Assembly: GCA_964561085.1 (NCBI GenBank)
Contig: CAZLNP010000002.1
Location: forward strand, 75,440-139,439
Reading direction: 5' to 3'
DNA: 64,000 nt
Source: an uncultured Candidatus Saccharibacteria bacterium
GTDB taxonomy: Bacteria; Patescibacteriota; Doudnabacteria; UBA920
A program made the position numbers and the translations under genes. Below are positions 8,688 through 17,918 of the stretch, one piece after another. The stretch's first letter is position 1; every line of letters begins with the position of its first letter. The notes below the pieces were generated by a model, which saw nothing but the letters and a program-made list of their open reading frames with translations, made no database searches and was not told the origin of the DNA.

Positions 8688-9777
8688 TATAAAAGCAATA
8701 AAACTAAATCAGACATCAAGAAACACATCAGAAATACCTGATGTAATTTTGGTGTCGCCCAATAATCCCAACTTCAAGACTAGGCAGATTCTTCGCTCAA
8801 AAGTAATTAACAACACAAGAACACCTGAGGATACCTTGAGTGTTGATTTGATACACGAAAAAGTCGCTGACGACGGAATTTGGAGCACTTCCTATCAGGA
8901 CTTGAGAAAGTTAAAGGAGGGAGAGTCTATACGAATACAATTAGACTCTGCTCAGACGAGAGAACTCTATAACAATATTGGTGAGCATTACGACGTAAGT
9001 AAGCTTGGTGTTAAGGGTGGAACTAGATATGTTATTTCAAATCAGAAAGATGTTGAGAACATCATCTTTGCTGAAAGTTCTGACAAAAAAGCACTTGCAG
9101 AGAAAGTTTTATCAGAAATAACTGATGCAGAAGCCAAAGACATCGTCGCCTCAGATAACAAATTAATTAAAGGTTTCTTTAATGCATTACCACAGATAAG
9201 AGTTGATATCCTTAAAAGTCTTAAAACACAACTTGAAGGAAATTTAAATAACAACGAAAAGAATCTTCAGAAGTGGATTGATGAGAATAAAAAAGTTCGA
9301 TGTATGATTTTTGGCCTTGAGTTCATTGATTACAAGAGAGAGGTTTCGTTTGGTAACTCCCGTTTTGATATTTTAACCGAACAATCTGGTCTTGATCATG
9401 TAATCATTGAGATGAAATCTCCAAATGTTAAATTGTTTGATGTTGTAAGAAAAACCACTACTAACGGTGAGAAAGATGAGTACGTTATTTCAAAAGATTT
9501 AGGAGAAGCTATACCCCAAGTAATAAAGTACTTTGATGAGTATCAAAGAGAGAATGATGAAACTTTTAAGAAGAATGGAGTATCAAAAAAGAGAGTGTCG
9601 AAAGCGATTATTTTAATAGGAAGAAATGAAAAAGATAATTCAGTTTGGCAAGAAAATTTTAACCGGTTACGACATAGGCTTTCTGGAATAGAAATACTAA
9701 CCTACGACCATTTAGTAGAAAAGATCAGTAACCAAATTGATAATCTGAAGATGCTAAGTAACGAAGAAAATATATGA
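8680..9777 (+). CDS. PD-(D/E)xK-fold nuclease-domain protein, Shedu/DUF4263-like, with an uncharacterised N-terminal domain
   Basis: C-terminal half has a beta-strand ending in D (SRFDIL) followed by DHVIIEMKSP (ExK). Downstream come QVIKYF, then ...KAIILIGRNE...IEILTYDHLV, which resembles the C-terminal end of DUF4263 proteins. Its start overlaps the upstream gene by 8 nt and its stop overlaps the hsdR start by 4 nt. Confidence 0.45.
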   Translation: MSDIKAIKLNQTSRNTSEIPDVILVSPNNPNFKTRQILRSKVINNTRTPEDTLSVDLIHEKVADDGIWSTSYQDLRKLKEGESIRIQLDSAQTRELYNNIGEHYDVSKLGVKGGTRYVISNQKDVENIIFAESSDKKALAEKVLSEITDAEAKDIVASDNKLIKGFFNALPQIRVDILKSLKTQLEGNLNNNEKNLQKWIDENKKVRCMIFGLEFIDYKREVSFGNSRFDILTEQSGLDHVIIEMKSPNVKLFDVVRKTTTNGEKDEYVISKDLGEAIPQVIKYFDEYQRENDETFKKNGVSKKRVSKAIILIGRNEKDNSVWQENFNRLRHRLSGIEILTYDHLVEKISNQIDNLKMLSNEENI

Positions 9778-12719
9778 AAACTAACACACTAGAGTCAGGC
9801 TTCGAGGAATTTATTGAAGAACAACTAAATCAACTGCATAGTTATAGAATTCGTACAGCGAGTGATTACGATAAGAATGTTGCAATGGATGTAGATTTAG
9901 TTGCTGAGTTCATTCAAAAAAGCCAACCCAAAATATGGGAACAATTAGAAGCTCAGTACGGAGAAGATGCCCTTGCTAATACTGTAGAGCGTATCGATAG
10001 AGAAATCACAGAACGTGGTCTTTTAAATGTACTTCGAAGTGGTGTGAGCGACCGAGGGATTCGTTATAGGCTTGCATTCTGGCAACCTCAAAATTATTTA
10101 AATCCACAAACTGTCGAAGAATATGGTACAAATATTCTAAGTATCACTCGTCAGGTGAAATATAGTAATAAGAACGAAAACTGTATTGATATTGTTATAT
10201 TTCTAAATGGTCTACCAATTTTTACTATTGAGTTAAAGAATTTATTTACTGGTCAAGGTGTATCTAATGCGATTCAGCAATATCGTACAGACAGAGACCC
10301 AAAAGAAAAACTTTTGTCTTTTAAACGTTGTCTAACTCACTTTGGTGTTGGTGATCAAGAAGTCCATATGACAACCAAACTTGCGGGTTTAAAAACTCGT
10401 TTCCTTCCTTTTAATAAAGGTAACAACGGTTTAGCGGGAAATCCTGTTGTTGATGGAAAATATAAGACAAGTTACTTTTGGGAAGATGTTTTAGCTAAAG
10501 ACAGTTTAATGGATTTACTAGCTAATTTCGTACAAGATCAAGAAGAAGAAATTGAAGATAGTAAAGGTAAGAAAGTTAAAGAGAAAAAGTTAATTTTTCC
10601 TAGGTATCACCAGATGGATACTGTCAGAAGAATTGTTGCTGATGCAAAAACTTTAGGACCGGGAAAAACTTATTTAATTCAGCATAGTGCTGGTTCTGGT
10701 AAAAGTAATACTATTGCATGGACTGCTCATAGACTTGCGGAGCTACACAATGAACAGAATGAAAGTATTTTTGACTCTGTAATTGTGATTACAGATAGAC
10801 GTATTTTAGATAGGCAACTTTCCGAAACCGTAAATAGTTTTTCTCAGGTTTCTGGCGTTGTTAAACATGTAGAGTCTTCTAAAGAGTTATTAGAAGCTTT
10901 AGAGAAAGGGACTAGAATAATTTCTAGTACTCTACAGAAGTTTCCTGTAATTGTGGATGCTGTAGAAAAAACAGCAGGCAAAAAGTTTGCTGTTATTGTA
11001 GATGAAGCTCATTCTTCTCAATCCGGTGAATCCGCTGCGGACCTGCGCCAAGTTTTAACTTTAGATGATGCGGCTGATGAGGCTTTGCGAGAAGAAAAAG
11101 CTTTTAAAACAACCGAGGATTTAATTGTTGAGAGAATGAAAGCCCGTAAGGTTAAAACCCCAAATATTAGTTTTTTGGCATTTACAGCAACTCCAAAACA
11201 AAAGACGTTAGAGTTATTCGGTACCGAAGATACTTTGACCGGAAAATTTGTGCCGTTTTCGTTGTACTCTATGAAGCAAGCAATAGACGAAGGTTTTATT
11301 CTTGATGTTCTAAAAAACTACACAACTTACGAAACATATTTTGCTTTGTTAAAGCGCATTGAAGATGATCCGGAATATGATAAGAAAAAGGCTCAAAGAC
11401 TTTTAATAGGTTATGTTGAAAAACATGAACATGCCATTGAAAAGAAAATTCAGATTATGGTTGAACATTTTGAGGAAAAGATTCGTAGTACAATTTATGG
11501 GAAAGCTAAGGCTATGGTTGTCACAAAATCACGATTACACGCCGTTCGTTATAAGCTAGCTTTCGATAAATATCTTGCTGAAAAAGGCTATGGTCATAAA
11601 GCTCTTGTTGCGTTCTCCGGAACAGTGAAAGATGATGGTAAAGAATTTACAGAAGCAGGTATGAATCATATACCTGAAAAACAGACACCTGAAGAATATA
11701 AAAAAGATGAATTCAAGTTTTTGATTGTTGCAGAAAAATATCAAACCGGTTTTGATCAACCCTTGCTTTCTGCAATGTATGTTGATAAAAAGTTGAGCGG
11801 TGTTAATGCTGTTCAGACACTGTCGCGCTTAAATAGAACAACTTCTGGAAAAGAAGAGGTTTTTGTTTTGGATTTTGTAAACGACATTGATCAAATTAAA
11901 GAATCATTCCAACCGTATTATACAACAACTATTTTATCCGAAGCGACTGACCCAAATATTCTTCACGATTTAGAAAGAGATGTTTTGAACTTTAAATTAT
12001 TCTCAAACTTTGAAGTTAATGGATTCGTCGATGAATATATGCATGGAGCAACTCCAGACAAGTTAAATGCAATTATAGATGCTGTGGTTGAACGAGCGAA
12101 CGAAGAAAAAAATGAAGAAGAGATTGAAGAGTTTAAAACTTTAATTGCTGATTATTTGCGCAAATACGCTTTTGTAGCGCAGATAGTGACTTTTGACGAT
12201 CCTCAGCTTGAAAAATTGTTTATCTTTTTAAAGTTCTTAATTAAGAAATTGCCGAAGCGTAACGAGCCCTTGCCGTACGAAGTATTGGAAGCAGTGGACA
12301 TGGATACGTACAAAGTACAAAAAACATTAGAGACTTCTGTGGTTCTTGATGACGAAGAAGGAATTATTGAACCTATGGGTGGTGGAGGGACTCATGATCT
12401 TCCAGGAGATGAAAGTGATGCATTATCAAGAATTATTGCAGAAATTAATGAGCGTTTCGGTACTAATTTTTCAAATGAAGACAAAATTATCATCAATACT
12501 CTAAGTCGCAAACTTGTAGAAAATGAAGGCCTAGAAGGTTCGATCAAAAATAATAGCAAGGATTCTGCTAAAATTAAGTTTGACGAGCTATTTCAAGATG
12601 AACTCATAGGAATGTTGAATAATCATTTCGACTTGTACAAAAAACTTGATGAAAACCCTGAAATGAAAAAGTATGTAGGAGAAAGAGTTTTTGAATATGT
12701 GGTTAGACAATTAAAGTAG
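9774..12719 (+). CDS. hsdR: type I restriction enzyme endonuclease/helicase subunit R
   Basis: 981 aa. SF2 motor motifs: motif I HSAGSGKSNTIAW, motif II VIVDEAHSSQSG, helicase-C QTGFDQPLLSAMYVDKKLSG...VQTLSRLNR. The N-terminal nuclease region has ...IDIVIFLNGLPIFTIELK (D...ExK). Confidence 0.9.
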   Translation: MKTNTLESGFEEFIEEQLNQLHSYRIRTASDYDKNVAMDVDLVAEFIQKSQPKIWEQLEAQYGEDALANTVERIDREITERGLLNVLRSGVSDRGIRYRLAFWQPQNYLNPQTVEEYGTNILSITRQVKYSNKNENCIDIVIFLNGLPIFTIELKNLFTGQGVSNAIQQYRTDRDPKEKLLSFKRCLTHFGVGDQEVHMTTKLAGLKTRFLPFNKGNNGLAGNPVVDGKYKTSYFWEDVLAKDSLMDLLANFVQDQEEEIEDSKGKKVKEKKLIFPRYHQMDTVRRIVADAKTLGPGKTYLIQHSAGSGKSNTIAWTAHRLAELHNEQNESIFDSVIVITDRRILDRQLSETVNSFSQVSGVVKHVESSKELLEALEKGTRIISSTLQKFPVIVDAVEKTAGKKFAVIVDEAHSSQSGESAADLRQVLTLDDAADEALREEKAFKTTEDLIVERMKARKVKTPNISFLAFTATPKQKTLELFGTEDTLTGKFVPFSLYSMKQAIDEGFILDVLKNYTTYETYFALLKRIEDDPEYDKKKAQRLLIGYVEKHEHAIEKKIQIMVEHFEEKIRSTIYGKAKAMVVTKSRLHAVRYKLAFDKYLAEKGYGHKALVAFSGTVKDDGKEFTEAGMNHIPEKQTPEEYKKDEFKFLIVAEKYQTGFDQPLLSAMYVDKKLSGVNAVQTLSRLNRTTSGKEEVFVLDFVNDIDQIKESFQPYYTTTILSEATDPNILHDLERDVLNFKLFSNFEVNGFVDEYMHGATPDKLNAIIDAVVERANEEKNEEEIEEFKTLIADYLRKYAFVAQIVTFDDPQLEKLFIFLKFLIKKLPKRNEPLPYEVLEAVDMDTYKVQKTLETSVVLDDEEGIIEPMGGGGTHDLPGDESDALSRIIAEINERFGTNFSNEDKIIINTLSRKLVENEGLEGSIKNNSKDSAKIKFDELFQDELIGMLNNHFDLYKKLDENPEMKKYVGERVFEYVVRQLK

Positions 12720-12724
12720 ATAGT

Positions 12725-13555
12725 ATGACACAAGCCCTTCAAATGTTGGTCCCTAGTGGTAATCCAAATGGAATGAAAATAGTAGAACTTGCTGGATGGT
12801 CTGGTAAATGTTTTGTCGTACCTAGGCAAAGCCTTAAAGAATTGAAAGATAGATCAGAAGTAAACCAACCAGGTATATATTTACTTTTTGGCCCAGATGA
12901 GGAATCTATCAATGACCTTGCTTATATAGGAGAATCTGAAAATTTTTATTCACGAATAGCTACCCATGATTCAGGAAAAGATTTTTGGGATGTTGCTGTA
13001 GTTTTTACAGGTGGATTGAATCGGGCATTCGTAAAATATTTAGAATACAAATCTACTCTCCTTGCTCAGCAAGCTAAGCGAATGGTCATAACTAACAAAG
13101 TTAATCCACAAGAAAATACATTATCTGAATTTGAGAAAGTCACAGCAGATCAATACTTTGAAAATATGCAATTTATTTTAAGTGCTTTTAATTACGAATT
13201 ATTTGAAACTGTTTCCGAAGCAATTGTTAGTGATAAAATGTATTTTTTCAAAGCAGGTGGCGTAGATGCTAAAGCACAATTACTAGATAATGGTAATTTA
13301 AATGTTTTGAAAGGCTCTTTGGGTAGGATTAAGGAAGTAGCTTCATTTGGGGGTTGGTCTTTAGCTGCGCGTAAACGATTTTTGGAAGATGGCACTTTAA
13401 TTAAAAATGATGATACTTCTTATCTTTTTACAAAGGATGTTATCTTTAAAAGCCCATCAGCCGCCGCTGCGACAGTTATAGGACGTTCCGCAAATGGTTG
13501 GACTAAGTGGAAAGATGAATTTGGAAATACTTTGGATGATAATTTACGAAAATAA
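12725..13555 (+). CDS. GIY-YIG nuclease-family protein with a DUF4357-like C-terminal domain
   Basis: GIY-YIG module is PGIYLLFG...LAYIGESENFYSRIATH. The ~120-aa C-terminal domain ends in ...SPSAAAATVIGRSANGWTKWK. The gene begins 6 nt after hsdR. Confidence 0.55.
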   Translation: MTQALQMLVPSGNPNGMKIVELAGWSGKCFVVPRQSLKELKDRSEVNQPGIYLLFGPDEESINDLAYIGESENFYSRIATHDSGKDFWDVAVVFTGGLNRAFVKYLEYKSTLLAQQAKRMVITNKVNPQENTLSEFEKVTADQYFENMQFILSAFNYELFETVSEAIVSDKMYFFKAGGVDAKAQLLDNGNLNVLKGSLGRIKEVASFGGWSLAARKRFLEDGTLIKNDDTSYLFTKDVIFKSPSAAAATVIGRSANGWTKWKDEFGNTLDDNLRK

Positions 13556-13651
13556 ATAAGTTATGTTTCTAAATTAATCATGCTGAGGGAATCCAATTTG
13601 AATGGATCAACCAATGCCATCATTCTATGTAAATAGGTGTATAATTAAACC

Positions 13652-14290
13652 ATGATAAAAATAATTTTAATTGTAATCGCAGTGTTACTCGTTGTTTGGT
13701 CTTTGTACGGTTATTTTGCTGCTCGAGTTGAACAAGCTGAGTATTCAGTGTTAAGTGAAAATAAAGTTTACGAAGTACGAAAATATCCTGAGCATATTGT
13801 TGCGCAGGCCACAGTATCTGGTGAGTATACAGAATCTTTAAACGAAGGTTTTACTATTGTTGCTGGATACATCTTTGGTGGTAATAAAAAGCAAGAGCCA
13901 ATCGCTATGACTGCTCCAGTTGTAATAGGGAACGAAGAAGATACTTCCACTCCTATTGCCATGACTGCCCCTGTAGTTGCTGGTGGTACTGAGCAATCGC
14001 GCACTGTATCTTTTGTTATGCCAAAAAAATATTCAATGGAAACTTTGCCTGTACCTACAGACCCGAGAGTTAAAATAGTAAAAGTTCCAGAGCAGACCTT
14101 CGCAGTTCTCAAGTTTAGCTGGTGGCGAACTACTTCTCGTATTGAAAAAAATGGCAAAAAGCTCTTAGAAGCTTTAAATACAGATGGCGTGAGGATTGTT
14201 AACCCCGAAGTAAAATACGCAGGATACAACGCACCATTCACTCCACCATGGATGAACAGAAACGAAGTAATGGTAGAAATACAACCGTAA
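13652..14290 (+). CDS. SOUL heme-binding-family protein (N-terminal TM anchor)
   Basis: A TM helix is followed by the SOUL/HBP-like block AEYSVLSENKVYEVRKYPEHIVAQATV... There is an internal duplication PIAMTAPVVIG / PIAMTAPVVAG. Confidence 0.55.
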   Translation: MIKIILIVIAVLLVVWSLYGYFAARVEQAEYSVLSENKVYEVRKYPEHIVAQATVSGEYTESLNEGFTIVAGYIFGGNKKQEPIAMTAPVVIGNEEDTSTPIAMTAPVVAGGTEQSRTVSFVMPKKYSMETLPVPTDPRVKIVKVPEQTFAVLKFSWWRTTSRIEKNGKKLLEALNTDGVRIVNPEVKYAGYNAPFTPPWMNRNEVMVEIQP

Positions 14291-14315
14291 TCAAATTGAA
14301 AGCTTTTTATATCTT

Positions 14316-14768
14316 ATGAAAAAATTTATATTAACAATCGCAATAATTTCGCTTGCAGCATTGGGCTGTAGTAAAACATCTACAGAAAACCAGAGTACTA
14401 ACACAGCTCCTGCACGATTTTCAATCCCACAATCTAAATTAGAAATTAAAGTTGATGGCTCAAGTGACGTAATCAATGAGACTCATATTGAAACTGTACG
14501 AGTAGGGACTGATCCAGATGCTTCTGTTTTGAGAATCAAATTAAATCCAGAAGGTGCACAAGTACTCACTAAAATGACTACCGAAAACAAGGGTAAGAAA
14601 ATTGCAATTAAAATTGATGGAGAATTAATTTCTTCACCAGTAGTAGATAAGCCAATAACTGAAGGAGCTTTTATAATCTCTAATGGTGAATTTACTTACG
14701 AAGAAGCTTTTGCGCTTAAAGAAAAGTTGCAAGGATACCAGGAAGTACCAGCTAATACTAAGAAATAA
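14316..14768 (+). CDS. lipoprotein with a SecD-P1-head-like domain
   Basis: Signal peptide and lipobox LAALGC. KIAIKIDGELISSPVVDKPITEGAFIISNGEFTYEEAFAL resembles the periplasmic head of SecD. Confidence 0.45.
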   Translation: MKKFILTIAIISLAALGCSKTSTENQSTNTAPARFSIPQSKLEIKVDGSSDVINETHIETVRVGTDPDASVLRIKLNPEGAQVLTKMTTENKGKKIAIKIDGELISSPVVDKPITEGAFIISNGEFTYEEAFALKEKLQGYQEVPANTKK

Positions 14769-14771
14769 ATC

Positions 14772-15311
14772 ATGAGTTCAAATTTAAAAACCGCAGTATT
14801 CGCCGGAGGATGCTTTTGGTGCACTGAAGCAGTGTTCCAGAAGCTTCGTGGTGTGACTGGTGTGTTGCCCGGATATGCCGGTGGTACAGTAGACAATCCA
14901 ACCTACGAGCAAGTCTCTATGGGCAATACGAATCATGCTGAAGCAATTCAGTTTGAATATAATCCCGAAGAAATTTCTTACTCAGATTTATTATCTGTGT
15001 TTTTTGCTACGCACAATCCGACTACTTTAAATAGGCAAGGTGCAGATGTTGGCACGCAGTACAGATCAACAATTTTCTATTCAAGCGAAGAAGAAAAACA
15101 AGAAGCGCAGAGCTACATAGACCAGCTGGAAAAAGATGGTGTGTTTGCAGATCCAATTGTTACAACGCTTGAACCTCTAACAAAGTTCTACGAAGCAGAG
15201 GACTATCATAAAAATTATTATGAACGTAATTCTGGTCAAGGCTACTGCCAAATTGTTATTGGTCCAAAGATTGCTAAGTTAAAAGAAAAGTTCGCGAGTT
15301 TGTTGAAGTAA
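14772..15311 (+). CDS. msrA: peptide methionine sulfoxide reductase A
   Basis: Canonical active-site motif GGCFWCTEAVF; 179 aa. Confidence 0.9.
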   Translation: MSSNLKTAVFAGGCFWCTEAVFQKLRGVTGVLPGYAGGTVDNPTYEQVSMGNTNHAEAIQFEYNPEEISYSDLLSVFFATHNPTTLNRQGADVGTQYRSTIFYSSEEEKQEAQSYIDQLEKDGVFADPIVTTLEPLTKFYEAEDYHKNYYERNSGQGYCQIVIGPKIAKLKEKFASLLK

Positions 15312-15315
15312 AAGA

Positions 15316-15335
15316 GCGGAACTTGTTAGTTCCGC
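15316..15335. terminator. hairpin between convergent msrA and the minus-strand acidic-protein gene
   Basis: GCGGAAC-ttgtta-GTTCCGC, a 7-bp perfect stem. T-rich flanks are weak. Confidence 0.4.
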
Positions 15336-15363
15336 CGAATAGTATCTTATCTTCTTAGCTAGA

Positions 15364-15870
15364 TTAGCGTCCGGCAGCCTTTGCCATAGCCATTACGGGT
15401 TTGGTTTCCACAATTTCTCCGACTGGATCATCGTCATCGCCATCATCACGATCGTCAGGATCAAAATCAGTCGAGTCGAAAGTGTAAACCGTGAATATGA
15501 ATGGAGTCTGATATTCCTCCATTTCTGGCATTTCTACTTCCTCTTTCGTTATGATGTCCACACTGAGGCCAAGCGGTGAACAAATTTCGTTTAGAGCCAT
15601 ATAGATGGAGCTCTTGTCTTCTTCCTCGTCCAAAAGTTTGATTTGTGCAATTAGATCTTGATCAAGGATTGGGATGTTTAACACATCACGTTTATCGATC
15701 AAGAATTTAGCGTGCTCATCTGAAATATTGACGAGATATAATTCCATGATTCTTTGAACCACACTTGCGATCAAATTCATTCTGGAAAATAGATCTTTCA
15801 AGTTCTCAATTGTAAATGATTTATTGAACATAATTTCCTCCTGCTGCACGTCTAGAATATCACATGCCAC
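15364..15870 (-). CDS. hypothetical acidic protein (Asp/Glu-rich C-terminal half)
   Basis: 168-aa ORF with an SD-like sequence. No recognisable motif. Contains a DDRDDGDDDDP run. Confidence 0.4.
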   Translation of the reverse strand: MACDILDVQQEEIMFNKSFTIENLKDLFSRMNLIASVVQRIMELYLVNISDEHAKFLIDKRDVLNIPILDQDLIAQIKLLDEEEDKSSIYMALNEICSPLGLSVDIITKEEVEMPEMEEYQTPFIFTVYTFDSTDFDPDDRDDGDDDDPVGEIVETKPVMAMAKAAGR

Positions 15871-15889
15871 TGATTATTGTAAAATCAAT

Positions 15890-16624
15890 TTAAGCTCCAT
15901 GGTTTCCAATCGCAGTGCGCTTTAAATGTAGTAGTAGACCGCCTAGCTCATGTGCTAGTGTGCGGATGTATGTGCCTGAAGAAACTGTAAACTTTACAGA
16001 AATAACTCGCACTTCATCTGTAGGCTCAAACTTCTTATCTATCTCATTCCATTGTTTCAAGATGATCTCTTGTCTAAAGTCACCGTTCACTAAGCTAATT
16101 GAACTAGTAATTTCTGAGTAAATTTTTTGCCAAGGCGTATCTTGTATTTCAATACTTTCAGCAGCCAACACAGTCATCTTGCGCTTTGGTAATTCCTCCG
16201 CGCTAATTTTCCCTGCGCGAGTTAAAAGCCATAACGGTTTTCCATCAATAGTTTTAGAAGAGTAAGGGGGGTAAGAAAAATTATGCGTTCCAACTAAATT
16301 TTTAACCGCAGTGATAAGTTCCTGCGGGTTTTTGTTTTGTAGCTTGCTTTGTTGTAGCGAAGCGAGACCAAGAATGTCGAAAGTGTCGGAAGAAAATCCA
16401 AGAAGAATCTTAGCTTCGTAAGTTTTCGGTAAATCCAAAAATTCTTGTTTGCGATGCACTGCATCTCCTGCAAGAAGAATCAACAAGCCTTCGGCCATCG
16501 GATCTAGCCGTCCTGCATAAGTAATGGGAACATCAGCTAATTCAAGCCGCTCTGATTTTAATTTCTCAATCGCTTGAAGAGGAGTTAGCCCCAATGGTTT
16601 ATAGTAAGGAATTACATTTTGCAT
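15890..16624 (-). CDS. truB: tRNA pseudouridine(55) synthase TruB (short form)
   Basis: Motif ...ITYAGRLDPMAEGLLILLAGDA, where the catalytic Asp lies in GRLDP. Start is placed at the internal ATG (MQNVIPYYKPLG...), which avoids overlap with msrB. The ORF-track extension to 16801 is probably not translated. Confidence 0.75.
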   Translation of the reverse strand: MQNVIPYYKPLGLTPLQAIEKLKSERLELADVPITYAGRLDPMAEGLLILLAGDAVHRKQEFLDLPKTYEAKILLGFSSDTFDILGLASLQQSKLQNKNPQELITAVKNLVGTHNFSYPPYSSKTIDGKPLWLLTRAGKISAEELPKRKMTVLAAESIEIQDTPWQKIYSEITSSISLVNGDFRQEIILKQWNEIDKKFEPTDEVRVISVKFTVSSGTYIRTLAHELGGLLLHLKRTAIGNHGA

Positions 16625-16703
16625 ACTGCATTGTACCTCAGTAAAGCGCTTCGTGAAAAGTAATATAGAAGTGGTATAATTACAACATATTAATATATAG
16701 ATT

Positions 16704-17108
16704 ATGGATAAAATTACAAAAAGCGAAGAAGAATGGCAAAAGGATTTAACGCCTGAGCAATACGCTATTTTGCGTGAAAAGGGCACTGAGGCACCTGGCA
16801 CTGGAAAGTATGTAGATTTTTACGATGATGGTATGTATCATTGCGCAGCGTGTGCCCAAGCTTTATTTAAAAGTGATACTAAATATGAATCAACCACGCC
16901 CGGTTTAATAGGTTGGCCGGCATTCACAGAAGCTGCTGAAGCTGGCGCTGTCGAGTTGCGCGATGACGATAGCATGTCTATGCGCCGCACAGAAGTTATC
17001 TGCAAAAAGTGTGGCAGTCATCTAGGGCATCTGTTTCAGGATGATTCTTCACCAAATGGACAACATTACTGTATTAATTCCTGCGCATTAAATTTTCAAA
17101 AGAAATAA
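16704..17108 (+). CDS. msrB: peptide methionine sulfoxide reductase B (SelR), Zn-binding
   Basis: CxxC...CxxC zinc site (CAACAQ...CKKCGSHLGHLF); catalytic Cys in HYCINSCAL. Confidence 0.9.
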   Translation: MDKITKSEEEWQKDLTPEQYAILREKGTEAPGTGKYVDFYDDGMYHCAACAQALFKSDTKYESTTPGLIGWPAFTEAAEAGAVELRDDDSMSMRRTEVICKKCGSHLGHLFQDDSSPNGQHYCINSCALNFQKK

Positions 17109-17123
17109 AGGATAGAGGAAAAT

Positions 17124-17846
17124 ATGAATAGTGTAATTAAACAATTTCAGCAGGCTATAAAGAAGGCTGGTAGCGCAGAACGCGCAAAGACCTATCAGTG
17201 GTTTTTTAAAACTGGAAAAGGTGAGTATGGTGAAGGCGATTTGTTTTACGGAATCACTGTGCCAGTACAAAGAAAGATCGCTAAGCACTTTTACTTAGAC
17301 CTCACGCTCACAGATTTGGCAAAAACTTTGCAGTCGAAATATCACGAGGATCGCTTCACAACTTTGGAAGCGTTGGTCATGAAATTTGATCGTGCCAAAG
17401 CGCAACAAGATGATAAAGCTCAAAAAGCGATTTATGATCTGTATTTGAAGTCGACCAAGTATGTAAATAACTGGGACTTGGTAGATACTTCGGCTGAATA
17501 TATTGTCGGCGCCTATTTACAAAATAAACCCCGCGCTATCTTGAAGAAGTTAGCAAGGTCTAAAAGTTTGTGGGAAAAGCGCATCGCTATGATCTCTTGT
17601 TTTCATTTTATCCGTCAGAAAGATTTTACCGATGCTTTGCAAATCGCGGAAGTTTTGTTGAAAGACAAACATGATTTAATTCACAAAGCTGTTGGGTGGA
17701 TGCTTCGAGAAATCGGGAATCGTGATTTGAAAACAGAACTAAAATTTTTGGACAAGTATGCCTTGCAAATGTCTCGCACAACTTTGCGTTATTCCATCGA
17801 AAGGTTCCCAGAAAAACTTCGCTTAAAATACTTGAAATTAAAATAA
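17124..17846 (+). CDS. DNA alkylation repair protein (AlkD/AlkC-like HEAT-repeat glycosylase family)
   Basis: Matches family blocks: ...ERAKTYQWFFKTGKGEYGEGDLFYGITVP..., NNWDLVDTSAEYIVG, and WMLREIG. 240 aa. Confidence 0.7.
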   Translation: MNSVIKQFQQAIKKAGSAERAKTYQWFFKTGKGEYGEGDLFYGITVPVQRKIAKHFYLDLTLTDLAKTLQSKYHEDRFTTLEALVMKFDRAKAQQDDKAQKAIYDLYLKSTKYVNNWDLVDTSAEYIVGAYLQNKPRAILKKLARSKSLWEKRIAMISCFHFIRQKDFTDALQIAEVLLKDKHDLIHKAVGWMLREIGNRDLKTELKFLDKYALQMSRTTLRYSIERFPEKLRLKYLKLK

Positions 17847-17918
17847 CTTGTTTTATAAAGATTTTATCTGGATTTGATGTGGGTTTTGTTATATTGGATG
17901 TGATATAATTAACGCACT

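Noticed and set aside
15890-16801. Long 303-aa version of the truB ORF extending to 16801.
   Set aside because: The 59 N-terminal codons (Cys/Ser/Ile-rich, no homology) overlap msrB on the opposite strand. The internal ATG at 16624 begins exactly at the conserved TruB N-terminus.
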